Source: Macrostomum lignano
Lineage: Eukaryota
DNA length: 64,000 nucleotides
Direction: 5' to 3'
NCBI GenBank assembly: GCA_002269645.1
Contig: NIVC01000135.1
Coordinates: 186,001 to 250,000, forward strand
A program made the translations under genes and the position numbers. Below are positions 1 through 17,197 of the stretch, one piece after another (the stretch's first letter is position 1; each line of letters begins with the position of its first letter). Below the pieces are notes generated by a model. The model did no database searches, was not told where the DNA came from, and was given only the letters and a program-made list of their open reading frames with translations.

Positions 1-1
1 G

Positions 2-5305
<5,304 letters not shown>

Positions 5306-5954
5306 CAAGTTTTTTATTGTTTATCCTGAAAGTTAAGGCAGTTGAGTCAGTACGTCCCGCAAGTGCCCTGAAGTTGTTAGTCAGGCACTCTCTGCGCCTT
5401 CGGGGTCGGCCCTGTCACTGGCAGGCTGTCCAATTATCCTTGTCTTAATTGCATTGCCGTTAATCCGACCTGCTTTCAAGTTGCTAATTAGCACTTGTCC
5501 CAGGCTGGGGTCGCGATATTCGGTACAGTGTTTTGTGCAGGTTCCATATAGATGCGGCTTGTGGTGTCCCAGCTGCGAAACTGCGGGCTGTTTCTGTGCT
5601 AAGCTTTAGTGCTTCTTCTATATCGAGCGCTGGGCAGCGGGTTTCGTGGATCAATACGGACTTCGGGGTCGCCGCCAACTCTCTCTCTCTCTCTTCCCTT
5701 CATCCCCCACTGCCAGGGTGGGAGATGGAGAGAGAAACAGATGATGACGTGAAGATAGAGTTATGAACTCTGAAGCCAGGCACCACTGAGCACTCTATAC
5801 ATGTACATGTAGTTTTCTAAGCTAATGTGTGCAGGAAAATTGCATACGAAGTTGTGCTTTTGTTATCAAGGGTACAAATATAACACTTTAAATTTGCACT
5901 ATCGATATAGATAAAAAATTTGGTAGGAAATAAGTTAATTCAATTTTGGGGCTT

Positions 5955-6290
5955 TAGGCGGGAGTGCATTTTGGAGGTGGTGGCTTTCGGATAGGCGGGA
6001 GTACATTGTAGGGTGGGGTGGGGGCTGGCTGATAGGCGTGAGTACATTGTGGGGTGGGTGTTGGCTGGCTGATAGGCGGGAGTACATTTTGGGGTGGGTG
6101 TTGGCTGGCTGATAGGCGGGAGTACATTGTGGGGTGGGTGTTGGCTGGCTGATAGGCGGGAGTACATTGTGGGGTGGGTGTTGGCTGGCTGATAGGCGGG
6201 AGTACATTGTGGGGTGGGTGTTGGCTGGCTGATAGGCGGGAGTACATTGTGGGGTGGGTGTTGGCTGGCTGATAGGCGGGAGTACATTGT
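5955..6290 (+). repeat. 39-bp minisatellite
   Basis: GCTGGCTGATAGGCGGGAGTACATTGTGGGGTGGGTGTT units. Confidence 0.93.
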
Positions 6291-7365
6291 CGGTGTCTCT
6301 CCTCCATAATTTCACTTTGAAGAAGTCAGCTTCACTTTGGAATTGTCATTCTACTTTTTTGAAGAGAAAATTACACAGATGTTTATGTTTCTTACGCGCA
6401 TATAAAAATTGGTTGTAGGAGTTTTCAAATTTAGCAATACGCAAATTATTTGACACTTTAATCAAGAATACAAATCAAGGTCATTTTGTTTGACTGACTG
6501 TGATTTGGCTGACTGTGTAAAAAAGTATTTTTTCATCCAGTTTTTCGCAGAAAATTTTCTAAATTTTGACTGAAAATTCTCAGCGTATGCACACCATTGA
6601 CCCTCGGCTGCTCATTCCTTCTGGTTGCTTTGTTTTTGCTGTTTTTCCTTTAAAATCGCCACTGTACTACTGAATTTTTCACACCTCAATAGACAGTCTA
6701 GAGCTTTGTTTATTATTAATGTTTTTCCATATCTTTGTTTAAAAAAACTTCTTTCAAATCCCTCACAGACTACTCATTGTCCTTTAGTACTATTGAAATA
6801 TGTGTCTGTAGAACATTTTTAAATTTAATTCTCTTCAAATTTCAGTTTTAGCCTGTCGTAAAAGAATATCAGGAATTTAGAAATTTGTTAATTAAAGTGC
6901 TCCGATTTAGCGATATGTTTTGAAACAAATATTTTTGCGTAGCTGCATAGCTGGACTGATGCGGTCTGCACTGCGATAATTGTAGTTAGTAGTATGATAA
7001 GCAAATTTGTGTTTTACTTTCTAGAGAAGATTTTTAACTTTTGTTACAAATTCGCTGATATATTTCTTCACAAGGACACGAATTGAAATTCTATTTTTTA
7101 AACAAATTAAACGGTAAAATAATTTTACCACTGCAGGCTGTTTAGTGGCTACAATTAAAGCTAAACACATTTGTTGCAACTGAGAAATGCAACTTTCCTT
7201 TCTCATTGGATGTGTCTTTCAGGAGGCTCCAGGTTCGTCACCATGAATTTTATGGTGAGGGGACAAAGCCAAGAATTCTAAACATGTCATGTACATGTAC
7301 ATGACTAAATTCATAAATGTACATGATTTTGAGAGAATCGGTGTTGTCAGCACTCGTTTAAGTGC

Positions 7366-7716
7366 CGCAGACACTCATTTTAGCGCCACAGGCACTCATT
7401 TTAGCGCCGCAGACACTTATTTTAGCGCCATCTCATTCGATAGGGTTGCCATATCATTCGATAGGGTTGCCATATCATTCGATGGGGTTGCCATCTCATT
7501 CGATAGGGTTGCCATCTCATTCGATAGGGTTGCCATATCATTCGATAGGGTTGCCATCTCATTCGATAGGGTTGCCATCTCATTCGATAGGGTTGCCATA
7601 TCATTCGATAGGGTTGCCATATCATTCGATGGGGTTGCCATCTCATTCGATAGGGTTGCCATCTCATTCGATAGGGTTGCCATCTCATTCGATAGGGTTG
7701 CCATCTCATTCGATAG
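7366..7716 (+). repeat. 21-bp minisatellites (two adjacent unit types)
   Basis: GCAGACACTCATTTTAGCGCC x3, then ATCTCATTCGATAGGGTTGCC array. Confidence 0.93.
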
Positions 7717-8599
7717 CATAGCTTTATTAAAAATCATTTTTACTTTTGATTGACTGGTTGGGATAAAATACAAAATACGATACCTACCCTCACCAGCAAT
7801 CGCTAACAATTAGAGTTTGTGGTGCATTAGCATAAAATTTTCATGCAGCTCACTTTCATGCAATGGGTGCTTTAGCACATTTGAGAGCCACTTGGAAATG
7901 CTTTGAATTGGCTTAATAAGGCTCTAGCCAATCTAATGATGAATATTTGACAACGTCAAACTGTAGGAGAGTGCTAAACTAATGGATGACGCCTCTTTAA
8001 TAATTTTGCAAGTAGCAACGGGTGCCGCTTCATCACGGCTGAGACCGTCTGCTTGGCGTGGAATGCCTCGTGTAACGGAAGTTTTGAGACGTTCGAAGCG
8101 AGACTAGCGACCCTAACAAACGGTTTGTTAAGAAACACATGATTGACTTGTTGAGTAGATTTAAAAAAACTAGTTCCGTTAAGTTTTACCATAGACAGGA
8201 GCTACCTAGGAAAATATGGTAATGCAGTTTGAATGTAACTACTTGACTGCTTTCTTGCTGGTCTCCCATTATCAAACAAAAGGAGAGTAAACCTGCGAAC
8301 CAACATGAGGTGTTATCGATTTAGTGCAGGAGATGCAAGAGGTAGACTAGAGGAGAGGAGAAACCTTGAGCGAGTCGAATTGCTGTCGCAAAGTTTTAAC
8401 AGACCCGAGGGCTGGATAGAGAGGATTCTGAGAGGGACGGATCGAGTTTTATGATTCCTGATTTAGTACAATCGGAACTGCGAGCTCCAACCTGGATAAT
8501 GCATACATTTGACAGGCCTCTAGTTCTGAAACCCGTGAAATGACGTCATTCGTTCACGAACTGAAGCTCTTAAAGCGATCAACAATCGGACGCCCACTG

Positions 8600-10864
8600 A
8601 TGCGCTTAACTTGGCGTAATATTTTAGCCAAGTGTTGCTGTATTTTAACAGGTACCAGTTTTCTAGCGACGTTGTTGTTGGACGTCAAAAACTTTGGATC
8701 GCTTTACGGGCTGGTTGATTGATTGATGGTTCTGTGACCTTTCTGTGATACGCGTACTAATACGACTCGTAATAATAATATGCTCGACGTGAATCTCAAC
8801 CAAGTTGTCTCTAAATTATGTGTTCCGGCATGACAACACAATTACATCAATTTTTCAGACGTTCTATCCACTCAAAATGTCACTCACAAGCGGCTGTACA
8901 TTCCGGACAATTCGGCGAAGATCTTCAAGGCCTGGCTGCTGGAGGTGCCGGGCACTCCAACTCTGGCTGGCTGCCTGTGCCTCTGCTCATGGCATTCGCG
9001 GTACTGTGCAGCGGAGTTGTGCTCAACTCAACCGGCTGCTCCCTGCTCACCGACGCCCCGCTGTGCCGATGGTATCAATGGCCGACAGCTAATTTCTCGG
9101 CTGAGAACACTTTTGTGAGTTTGTAGATTTGTGATCGAGTTGGAAATCTCAGCTACTCGATGCTCTTTGAGCACCGTAAGATCATGACGTCATTTGATTG
9201 AGTCATTCGTGGTGGTGCAAACCAGGGGGCTTAGCCATCATTTTTATTGAGTTGTGCATCTTAAGGACTCCAGCACCAAGGGGCGCCAGCACCAAGGGGC
9301 GCCAACACCAAGGGGCGCCAGCACCAAGGGGCGCCAGCACCAAGGGGCGCCAACACCAAGGGGCGCCAGCACCAAGGGGCGCCAGCACCAAGGGGCGCCA
9401 ACACCAAGGGGCGCCAGCACCAAGGGGCGCCAACACCAAGGGGCGCCAGCACCAAGGGGCACCAGCACCAAGGGGCGCCAGCACCAATGGGCGCCAGCAC
9501 CAAAGGGCGCCAGCACCAAGTGGCGCCAGCACCAAGGGGCACCAGCACTAAGGGGCGCCAGCACCACGGGGCGCCAGCACCAAGGGGCGCCAGCACCAAG
9601 GGGCGCCAGCATGACTTACTCATTAAAAAATTGCTCTCAATTTCTTTTACTTCAGGACTATTACTGCACAACTGGCGGGCAGTGCTACGAAACGGTCACC
9701 TTGAGAGTCTCCAGCGCTATCAGCTTTAATCGTCTCTGGGCCGACTTCAAAACCGGTTTTGGGGCCTACCATGCCGATTATTTTGTTGGTGAGCACTGAT
9801 CACACTCACACTGATCACACCCACACTGATCACACCCACACTAATCACACCCACACTGAACACACCCACACTGATCACACCTATCACTCTGATCACACCT
9901 ATCACTCTGATCACACCCACACTGATCACACTCACACTGATCACACCTGCACTGGTCACACCCACACTGATCACACCCACACTGATCACACTCACACTGA
10001 TCACACTCACACTTATCACACCTGCACTGGTCACACCCACACTGATCACACCCACACTGATCACACCCACACTGATCACACCCACACTGATCACACCCAC
10101 TCACACTGATCAACCCACACTGATCCCACCCACACTGATCACACCCACACTGATCACACCCACACTGATCACACCCACTCACACTGATCACACCCACACT
10201 GATCACACCCACCCACACTGATCAACTCGTACTGATCAACTTGCACTGATCACACCCACACTGACCACACCCACACTGATCACACCCACTCACACTGATC
10301 ACACCCACACTGATCACACCCACCCACACTGATCAACTCGCACTGATCAACTTGCACTGATCACACCCACACTGACCACACCCACACTGACCACACCCAC
10401 ACTGATCACACCCATACACTGGTGACCGCACCTCAGGCATGGAATGGCTGCATCGTACCACTAGAAACCTCACTAATAGCCTGATGAGAATCGACCTGCT
10501 CTATTGGAACGACGTCTACATCTACGCCAGGTACAAAGACTTTCGCATACTTGACGAGTCAACAAGGTATACTATCCAGGTTTTGGCGCTGAACTCCGAG
10601 AGCACAGCTGTAGCCTCCTGCTTGGCGCCAACCAACACGCCATTCATGACCAGAGATCGAGGAACCAGTCGATGTGGACTCGCCTTCGACAACAGGTGCG
10701 CCACCAGTTTTCTGCCACACTGGCACACCTGCTGCCATTGCGCTGGCCCATTCGGACGGTACCACAATTATCCCGGCGTCAGCTGGCTGTCCAACGCTCC
10801 CAGAAACATTTCTGACGGATTTTTCTACAGCTTCAAACAGCTGGATATGCTGCTGCTGCTATGA
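8600..10864 (+). CDS. Secreted fibrinogen-related domain (FReD) protein with N-terminal Cys-rich, PAN-like region; apparent frameshift in exon 2
   Basis: Predicted exons 8600-8651, 8859-9114, 9656-9788 and 10437-10864. Exons 3-4 encode SFNRLWADFKTGFG..YFVGMEWLHRTT..MRIDLLYWNDVYIYARYKDFRILDESTRYTI..FMTRDR..CA..GVSW..YSFKQLDM, a divergent fibrinogen C-terminal domain. Exon 1 and the exon 2 reading frame are less certain. Confidence 0.8.
9268..9610 (+). repeat. 16-bp GC-rich minisatellite (CCAGCACCAAGGGGCG), FReD intron 2
   Basis: Seen directly. Confidence 0.95.
9794..10420 (+). repeat. 15-bp minisatellite (ACTGATCACACCCAC), FReD intron 3
   Basis: Seen directly; starts right after the GTGAGC donor. 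Confidence 0.95.
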
Positions 10865-11044
10865 AAACAACAACTAACGGATCGTTAACACCGTTTGGAG
10901 GCAGTGCTGTAGGGCATAGTTTTAGTGATAAATAAACGCAGATTTGCTTTTACACTACTGTTAGTAGTAATTTTACCTCGATCATTTTACGAGCTACGGC
11001 CTTGCATTGTTATCATGTTCTATTCTAACCTAATGTATTCTATC

Positions 11045-11220
11045 CTAGTGGTTTAGCGAGAGGCGCTCTGATATGCCGGCGGTCCAGTCTCGATTCCAAG
11101 TGCAGTCACATTAATTTGGGGCTGAATTGGAATCTCGGCTTGGCTCTGCTCGTGCAATTAACGGCCTTGAGAGCCAACCCCCAAGGCACAGTGAAGTGTA
11201 CATGCCTAACGATAAATAAA
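11045..11220 (+). mobile_element. Possible degenerate tRNA-derived SINE
   Basis: A-box-like TAGTGGTTTAGC, B-box-like GTCTCGATTCC, and an AATAAATAAA-type tail; no full cloverleaf. Confidence 0.35.
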
Positions 11221-11579
11221 GTTAGGGCCGCTGTGCACTCCTGTGTGTGAGCGTGTGCCTGTGCGTATGACTGTCATTTTTCAGACATTTTCTCGACAAA
11301 CTGGACAAACTTGTGAGTACCGCCTCGAACCGCCTCGAAACGCTCCACAGTCAGAGCTTGCAATCGTGAAGTTTATGGTCAAGTACGAGTATCCGATATT
11401 GCCTCAGCTCTTCTTTTGTCCTGAGGGTTCCACCATGAACTGTGTCCAGACTGTTTAACAACTACGCTGGCAAAAAGCATAGGCAATACATATCGGTATA
11501 ATCGAATTTCACTGGAAAGTCAAATTTCGCTGGAAAGTCAATTGCAGGCAGCAGTCAGATCTTTTTAACAGTCAAAAAA

Positions 11580-12021
11580 CAGTCAAATGTCACTGACAGG
11601 CAAATGTCACTGACAGGCAAATGTCACTGACAGGCAAATGTCACTGGCAGGCAAATGTCACTGACAGTAGAATGTCACTGACAAGCAAATTTCACTGACA
11701 GGCAAATGTCACTGACAAGCAAATTTCACTGACAGGCAAATGTCACTGACAGGCAAATGTCAACTGACAGGCAAATGTCACTGACAGGCAAATGTCACTG
11801 ACAGTCAAATTTCACTGACAGGCAAATGTCACTGACAAGCAAATTTCACTGACAGGCAAATGTCACTGACAAGCAAATTTCACTGACAGGCAAATGTCAC
11901 TGACAGGCAAATGTCACTGACAGTCAAATTTCACTGACAGGCAAATGTAACTGACAGTCAAATGTCACTGACAGTCAAATGTCACTGACAGGCAAATGTC
12001 ACTGACAGGAAAATGTCACTT
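11580..12021 (+). repeat. 17-bp minisatellite (AAATGTCACTGACAGGC)
   Basis: Seen directly. Confidence 0.95.
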
Positions 12022-12473
12022 GCAGTCTAATGACACTACCCTAAAACAGTCTAAGCAAAATTACTCTCCACGGACTCTCGGTTATGAGCCCCGCAAGCTT
12101 TCACTTTACGAGCAAACGTGGACCAAACGCCGAAATAAGTGCTGTATCAATATATTGGCAATGTATTCGTATAGCCATCACTGCAATATAATTATTGTGG
12201 ATCGCGACCACGCTGTCCCATTTCTCTGCTTCATCATGCAGAGCCTTCAAAATGACTGCAAACATTATCTACATGCAAATGCGAGGAGCATTTAAATAAT
12301 TGGTCTCTTAAATTTTTTTCCAGCATGCAGTGTCACATCCGGCTTTAGTAATTATCGTCTCCCTCATCCGGCTGCAAAGGCTTATAAAAATTTGAGACCA
12401 GGAAATGGTTTCAACAGCAGAACAATATCGAATATTTTGAGCACTCGGCCATCTGCGCAGCCCCAGTAGATTG

Positions 12474-13826
12474 ATGACGCTTTTCGGGCAGCAGCTGGGG
12501 CTGAAGCTGCTCCTCATTCCAGCATCCGCTGCTGTTCAACTTCTCGCTGCCTACTTTCTACCAATTCGCTGGTTCAGCGACCGGCAGTTCCAGCTGCGAC
12601 GTCCGCTGCTTGTCGCCGCCTGCGGCATGTCGGCTGGCGCTCTCTGCTCAGCCAGCCTGCTCGAACTGTTTGCGGCTGGCAGCGCCGAATTCGAGGAAGC
12701 TCTGCGACAGAGAAAAACTCATCTGCAGGTGGTGCTGGGCGACTTCTCCGTCTCGAGCTTCCTGCTGCTGTGCGGATTCTTTGCGCTGTTCAGCTTCGAC
12801 CAGCTGGCGCTGCGGGGCGCTACTCTGGAGCCGGAGCCGGAGCTTGGCAGCGAAGCTCTGGCCGCGTTCAACCTGGGCTCCAGCGGCTCGGGGATTTCCG
12901 CCAGCAGTCGGAGTCACCTTCTCCGCGACGACGACTGGGTCGCTGATGGGTCCGAGGTGGAGCGGCGGCCGATTGTGACAGCAGCTGCTGAAGCTGCAGT
13001 CTTAGCCGACAATGCTGGTGGCGACTGTGCAGGAAGCGGCCAGCAGGATGTACATCCGCCAGTGACGACCTCACCAACCGCCAGCTTTCAAGGAGTCGGG
13101 CAGTACGGCACCAACAACAGCGACAGTAGAAGTTCCAATTCCGATTTGGAAGAGCTTCTTGACGAGGTCCAGTTGAATCAGCGGCAAGGTGCCGACGTGG
13201 CGCCAGCGAATTCAGCCGTTCCAGAGGGCCATGGAAATCGAGGTCAACTTGTACAGAGAACTATTCGAAGGAATCGCACAGCTGTCCACCGTCACAACTT
13301 CCTGACCAACGCCCTCTGCTTCAGCCTGTGCGTTCATGCCGCTCTCTCGGGCTGGCGTCTCGGTTCCAGTTGGGAAGTTTCCCCCGCCAAGCTCGGCGGC
13401 CATTTGCTATTGCTGCCGATGCGCGAGGCGGTCATCGCTGCAAGCGCTGGACTGCTGCTTGTGACCACTTACTGCACCGTCACCGTGGAGGCATCGCGTT
13501 CCTGCTGTTCTGGAAAAACAGCGGTAGTTTCCGGAGCATTAGCCGTATCCATGGCTGAACCGTTGGGCCTCGCGGTTGGGCTGGCGATGTCGGGAATCGC
13601 CCCATCTGAACGGTGGCCAGACTTGCTTTTGTTGATAAGGGCCTCTGTTTTGTCCTTGAATGCGGGAGCTTTTCTATTCACCATCTTTCTGCATGCCGTG
13701 CCTTGCATGTTGTCTAAATTCGGCGGCGAACAAAGTCAGTCAAATCAAACTGTTCTGATGATGACCTTCTTTGTTCTTGGCTGCTCTCTTATTGTAGCAG
13801 CTAGTTTTATTGTTATGCTTTTTTAA
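12474..13826 (+). CDS. ZIP/SLC39 (ZIP1-3-like) metal transporter, single exon, atypical metal-site residues
   Basis: 450-aa ORF with 3 N-terminal TMs, a long cytosolic loop and 5 C-terminal TMs. Motifs LGLKLLL, GMSAGALCSASLLEL, GFFALFSFDQL, FSLCVHAALSGWRLG, SMAEPLGLAVG and LNAGAFLFTIFLHAVP correspond to ZIP TM1-8 signatures. Confidence 0.8.
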   Translation: MTLFGQQLGLKLLLIPASAAVQLLAAYFLPIRWFSDRQFQLRRPLLVAACGMSAGALCSASLLELFAAGSAEFEEALRQRKTHLQVVLGDFSVSSFLLLCGFFALFSFDQLALRGATLEPEPELGSEALAAFNLGSSGSGISASSRSHLLRDDDWVADGSEVERRPIVTAAAEAAVLADNAGGDCAGSGQQDVHPPVTTSPTASFQGVGQYGTNNSDSRSSNSDLEELLDEVQLNQRQGADVAPANSAVPEGHGNRGQLVQRTIRRNRTAVHRHNFLTNALCFSLCVHAALSGWRLGSSWEVSPAKLGGHLLLLPMREAVIAASAGLLLVTTYCTVTVEASRSCCSGKTAVVSGALAVSMAEPLGLAVGLAMSGIAPSERWPDLLLLIRASVLSLNAGAFLFTIFLHAVPCMLSKFGGEQSQSNQTVLMMTFFVLGCSLIVAASFIVMLF

Positions 13827-15464
13827 TAACTTTTGATGTTTAGGCACGTCCTCTCGGCCCCATTAATATTTGCGCACCCTCACTTACTTTCCTGTGATTC
13901 CTGCGCCCCCTTAATGACTCATTGGGATAAGTAATCAAGATGACTCATGCTTGTCACCCACCCCACTCCCCTGCACACCAACCCCACCTCCTACGAGCGT
14001 ATTGTTTTAAATTATTTTTCATGCTTGTGACAGTTTCATGACCCCCAATCTTCCCAACTTTTTCACCCATCATAAATCATTTTTCTTCGATGCGCCCCAC
14101 CCCAATTTCTCGTCGAATCACAGCGGCCAGTCACGGCCTTCAATCTTACGTGTGATCACTTTGACGCGTCATCGCAGGGCAATAAAAGTAAAGAGCCTTA
14201 ACTTAACCTTTTGTTTACCTCGATCGAGGCGATACGCTATGATTTCCTCTCCCTCCCACCTTCTTTCCTTTTTCTCCTCCGTCTCTCCCCTTTGCTTTAA
14301 CCTCTCTTAATTCTGACGTGTCTCGCCTGGATTGATCGTCCGTGACTGCATCCGCCGCCGTGACCATCGACGCCCTTCGGGCCACGCGCCAAGCATATAA
14401 AGATATTTTTCCTCTATTGCGCTCGCCGTTGGGAATCATCAGTCCGGTCTCCTCCCTCATTGCTCACCATCTCCTACTCCTTAGTCTTTATAACGTATTC
14501 TGAATTCCAATAATTAACGCGCAAATGTTAGGGCCAGGGCCAGTAAATCAGGGCATTAGCAATTCAACTCGTTTGCTTCTGTCTGTTACTTATTTACCAA
14601 GAGTCATGGTATGAAGTGTGAGTGTGCGCCTGAGTAGCAGTAACAATACTTGTAAAACATGTAAGTCCCTGTACTGTTAGCTGATGTGCACCATGAGAGA
14701 GCCCTCCAGACCTGCACTTCCCCATCCCCCTTCCGCATCGAACCCACATCTAGCTGCAGGGAGGATTTGAAGACAATAAAATGGCGTCACCTATTATCCA
14801 CGGCCCTTAATTAGGATCCTGGGGGCTTAGGAAGGAATCTTAGTGTAGTCTAGAATCGCTTACCTAAGACCCTTTATGCCAATGATTCCCTCGTTTCCAT
14901 GCAGTACTGATTAGACTGTCTTTGTATGCCTCGCATAGAGTCTTAATCGGCCATTTCTAGTACAGTTGGGCCCAAGAACGTTCGTCGATCTGCAACAGAT
15001 TAGGAGGCTAGTCCTGTCTCGTATAAGTGGGAGTTTTTACCGGGTAGCTACTCCCTGCATGGGTGACACTGCAGGTTGCGGCCACGCCATGTATTGTATA
15101 TGGGGAAAATTTTAGCTCCATAAAAAGCTAAATTTTAGCTCATAAATCAGTTACCTCGTAAATTTACGGAGTCACATACTGTATTCAGTATTATAGTACA
15201 CTAAAATTACATATACATGTATGCTTGAAGTTCAAGTTACATGTTAAATGGGAAACACGTGTGGGCCAACTGATCGAATGATTATTCAGTTTTCCATGTA
15301 CTACGTGTTAAATATTCTAATTTCTACCATGATACTGCAGCAATTGTCATAAATCTACGATTTTCCAGAAATGACGTACGTTACGGCCGGGCTGTACGAA
15401 AACACCTGTGCAACCCCCGCAGGGCTCTGGCACTGCGAAAACAAGGCAGTTAACTATATTAGTA

Positions 15465-15508
<44 letters not shown>

Positions 15509-15512
15509 TATT
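15465..15512 (+). repeat. (ATT)n microsatellite
   Basis: Seen directly. Confidence 0.95.
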
Positions 15513-17197
15513 AGTATTGCCACCTTGGTGGGCCCTTAAGACTGAAAGGTGCCGCGCCATGCCTCGTCCTAGACTTTGGGCCCGTTCTATAAGCCATCGT
15601 AAGATAAGGTCGTTCTTAGCTCCTATCTCCGCAGTTGAGCGGAAATAAAAAGTTTGGATCAGCAATGGGAACTGAATCCATACTTATTGATGCTAATTAT
15701 TTGATCTACAACTATTTTTTCAGCATAATAAGTTGTTTGAAGCTAATTGTATGTGTTAAAACAAACTATTTATTTCTTTTTAAAACACTTTAGTTTATTT
15801 AGTTGCGTTGTAAGCTTATTTTAGTAAAAAGTTGATGCAATATCTAAAGACTTTATTTTGCCTTAATCTTAACAGTGAAAGTTAGTGACGCAGAAACTTT
15901 TTAAACGAATTTCAATGTAGCGCATTTTTGTATACTGGTGGTAAAACATCGCAAGACACTGGGGACTGGGGTAAGGCAAAGCAAGACGATTACACAAAAC
16001 ACGATGTTTGAGTCTCTTCGTTGCTTTGAATGGTAAAGAAAAAGCCATAGGCCTATACCGTGTTAATAATTATGGTTTCATTATTCACATTAATATCATT
16101 TATTTGCCTTATCTCATCCAACTCGCTTACTCGCATGTGTGACAGTGTGAGTTGTGTAGTTCAGTTGTAAATTTTCTAAAAAGCTTTAATTTAATTTTTA
16201 TGCCCTTATATTGACCCTATAATTGCAGTTAATGAGGTTTATAATAATATGAGGTTTTCAGTTTTTAGGTCAAATCAGTACAAAATTTTGCTTCCCATTG
16301 TATTTAATATTTTGTTTCACTAGTTTCTTTAATAAAAAGCAATAGCTTTTATTAGCAGTTTAGTTATAGTTAGGCCTCGTTTATATTTTATTTAATGATA
16401 TGGTTTTGACCATTGATTTGAATTTAGGAAATTGAAAAGTGAAAGTATACACTAGTATTAGGCCTTAGCAGCAATATAAAATTTGTTTTATGCCTACCAT
16501 AGTTTAATAAACCTAGGGTGTTATAATATAAAAATGTTAATAATAAGATAAATTTTGACTTCTAACAAATATTTTTTGTGACTTTAAAGGCTATCTACAT
16601 TGTAATTGAATATGAACATGTTTGCTTATAAGTATTTTGCCATTATCAATATTTGTTATATAGTTTTATAAAGGCTTACTTGATAGTGGCATAGAATTAC
16701 CATTTAGAATATCAGTTCTCTTTTACTAATAAGGTGCTTATAGAATGTATTAAAAATTAGGATTAGGCAGAGTCTTGATATCCAAATATGCCCTGGCTAT
16801 ATGGGTCAATGGCACAGCCAAAATTATTTTTTGGAGGGGGTTTCTTTTGGTTTTTTTTGGTTAAATAAATTCATTTCATATAAGTCAAAAATATTTGATA
16901 CAAAATGATATAGTTCTAGTTCTAACTACATTATATGCTAAATAAATATGCATCTATTTATCAAATCTATATATTCATTTTGTGTTCATTTTGTGGTGTT
17001 TGTCTGTCTGTCTGTCTTTGATATTTTTTTAGATCTATCTGGCCAATTTTTGATGAAAAATTCTAATGGCAGTGGGCCAAACCAAATATCTGAAAATCTA
17101 TTTCTAAGACACTGATTGTTGATCACACTTTGGGTTTTTCAGCTCTTATTTTTTAATTTGAACAATTTTCCACCTATCTGAGCACCAGCTGAAAGCC

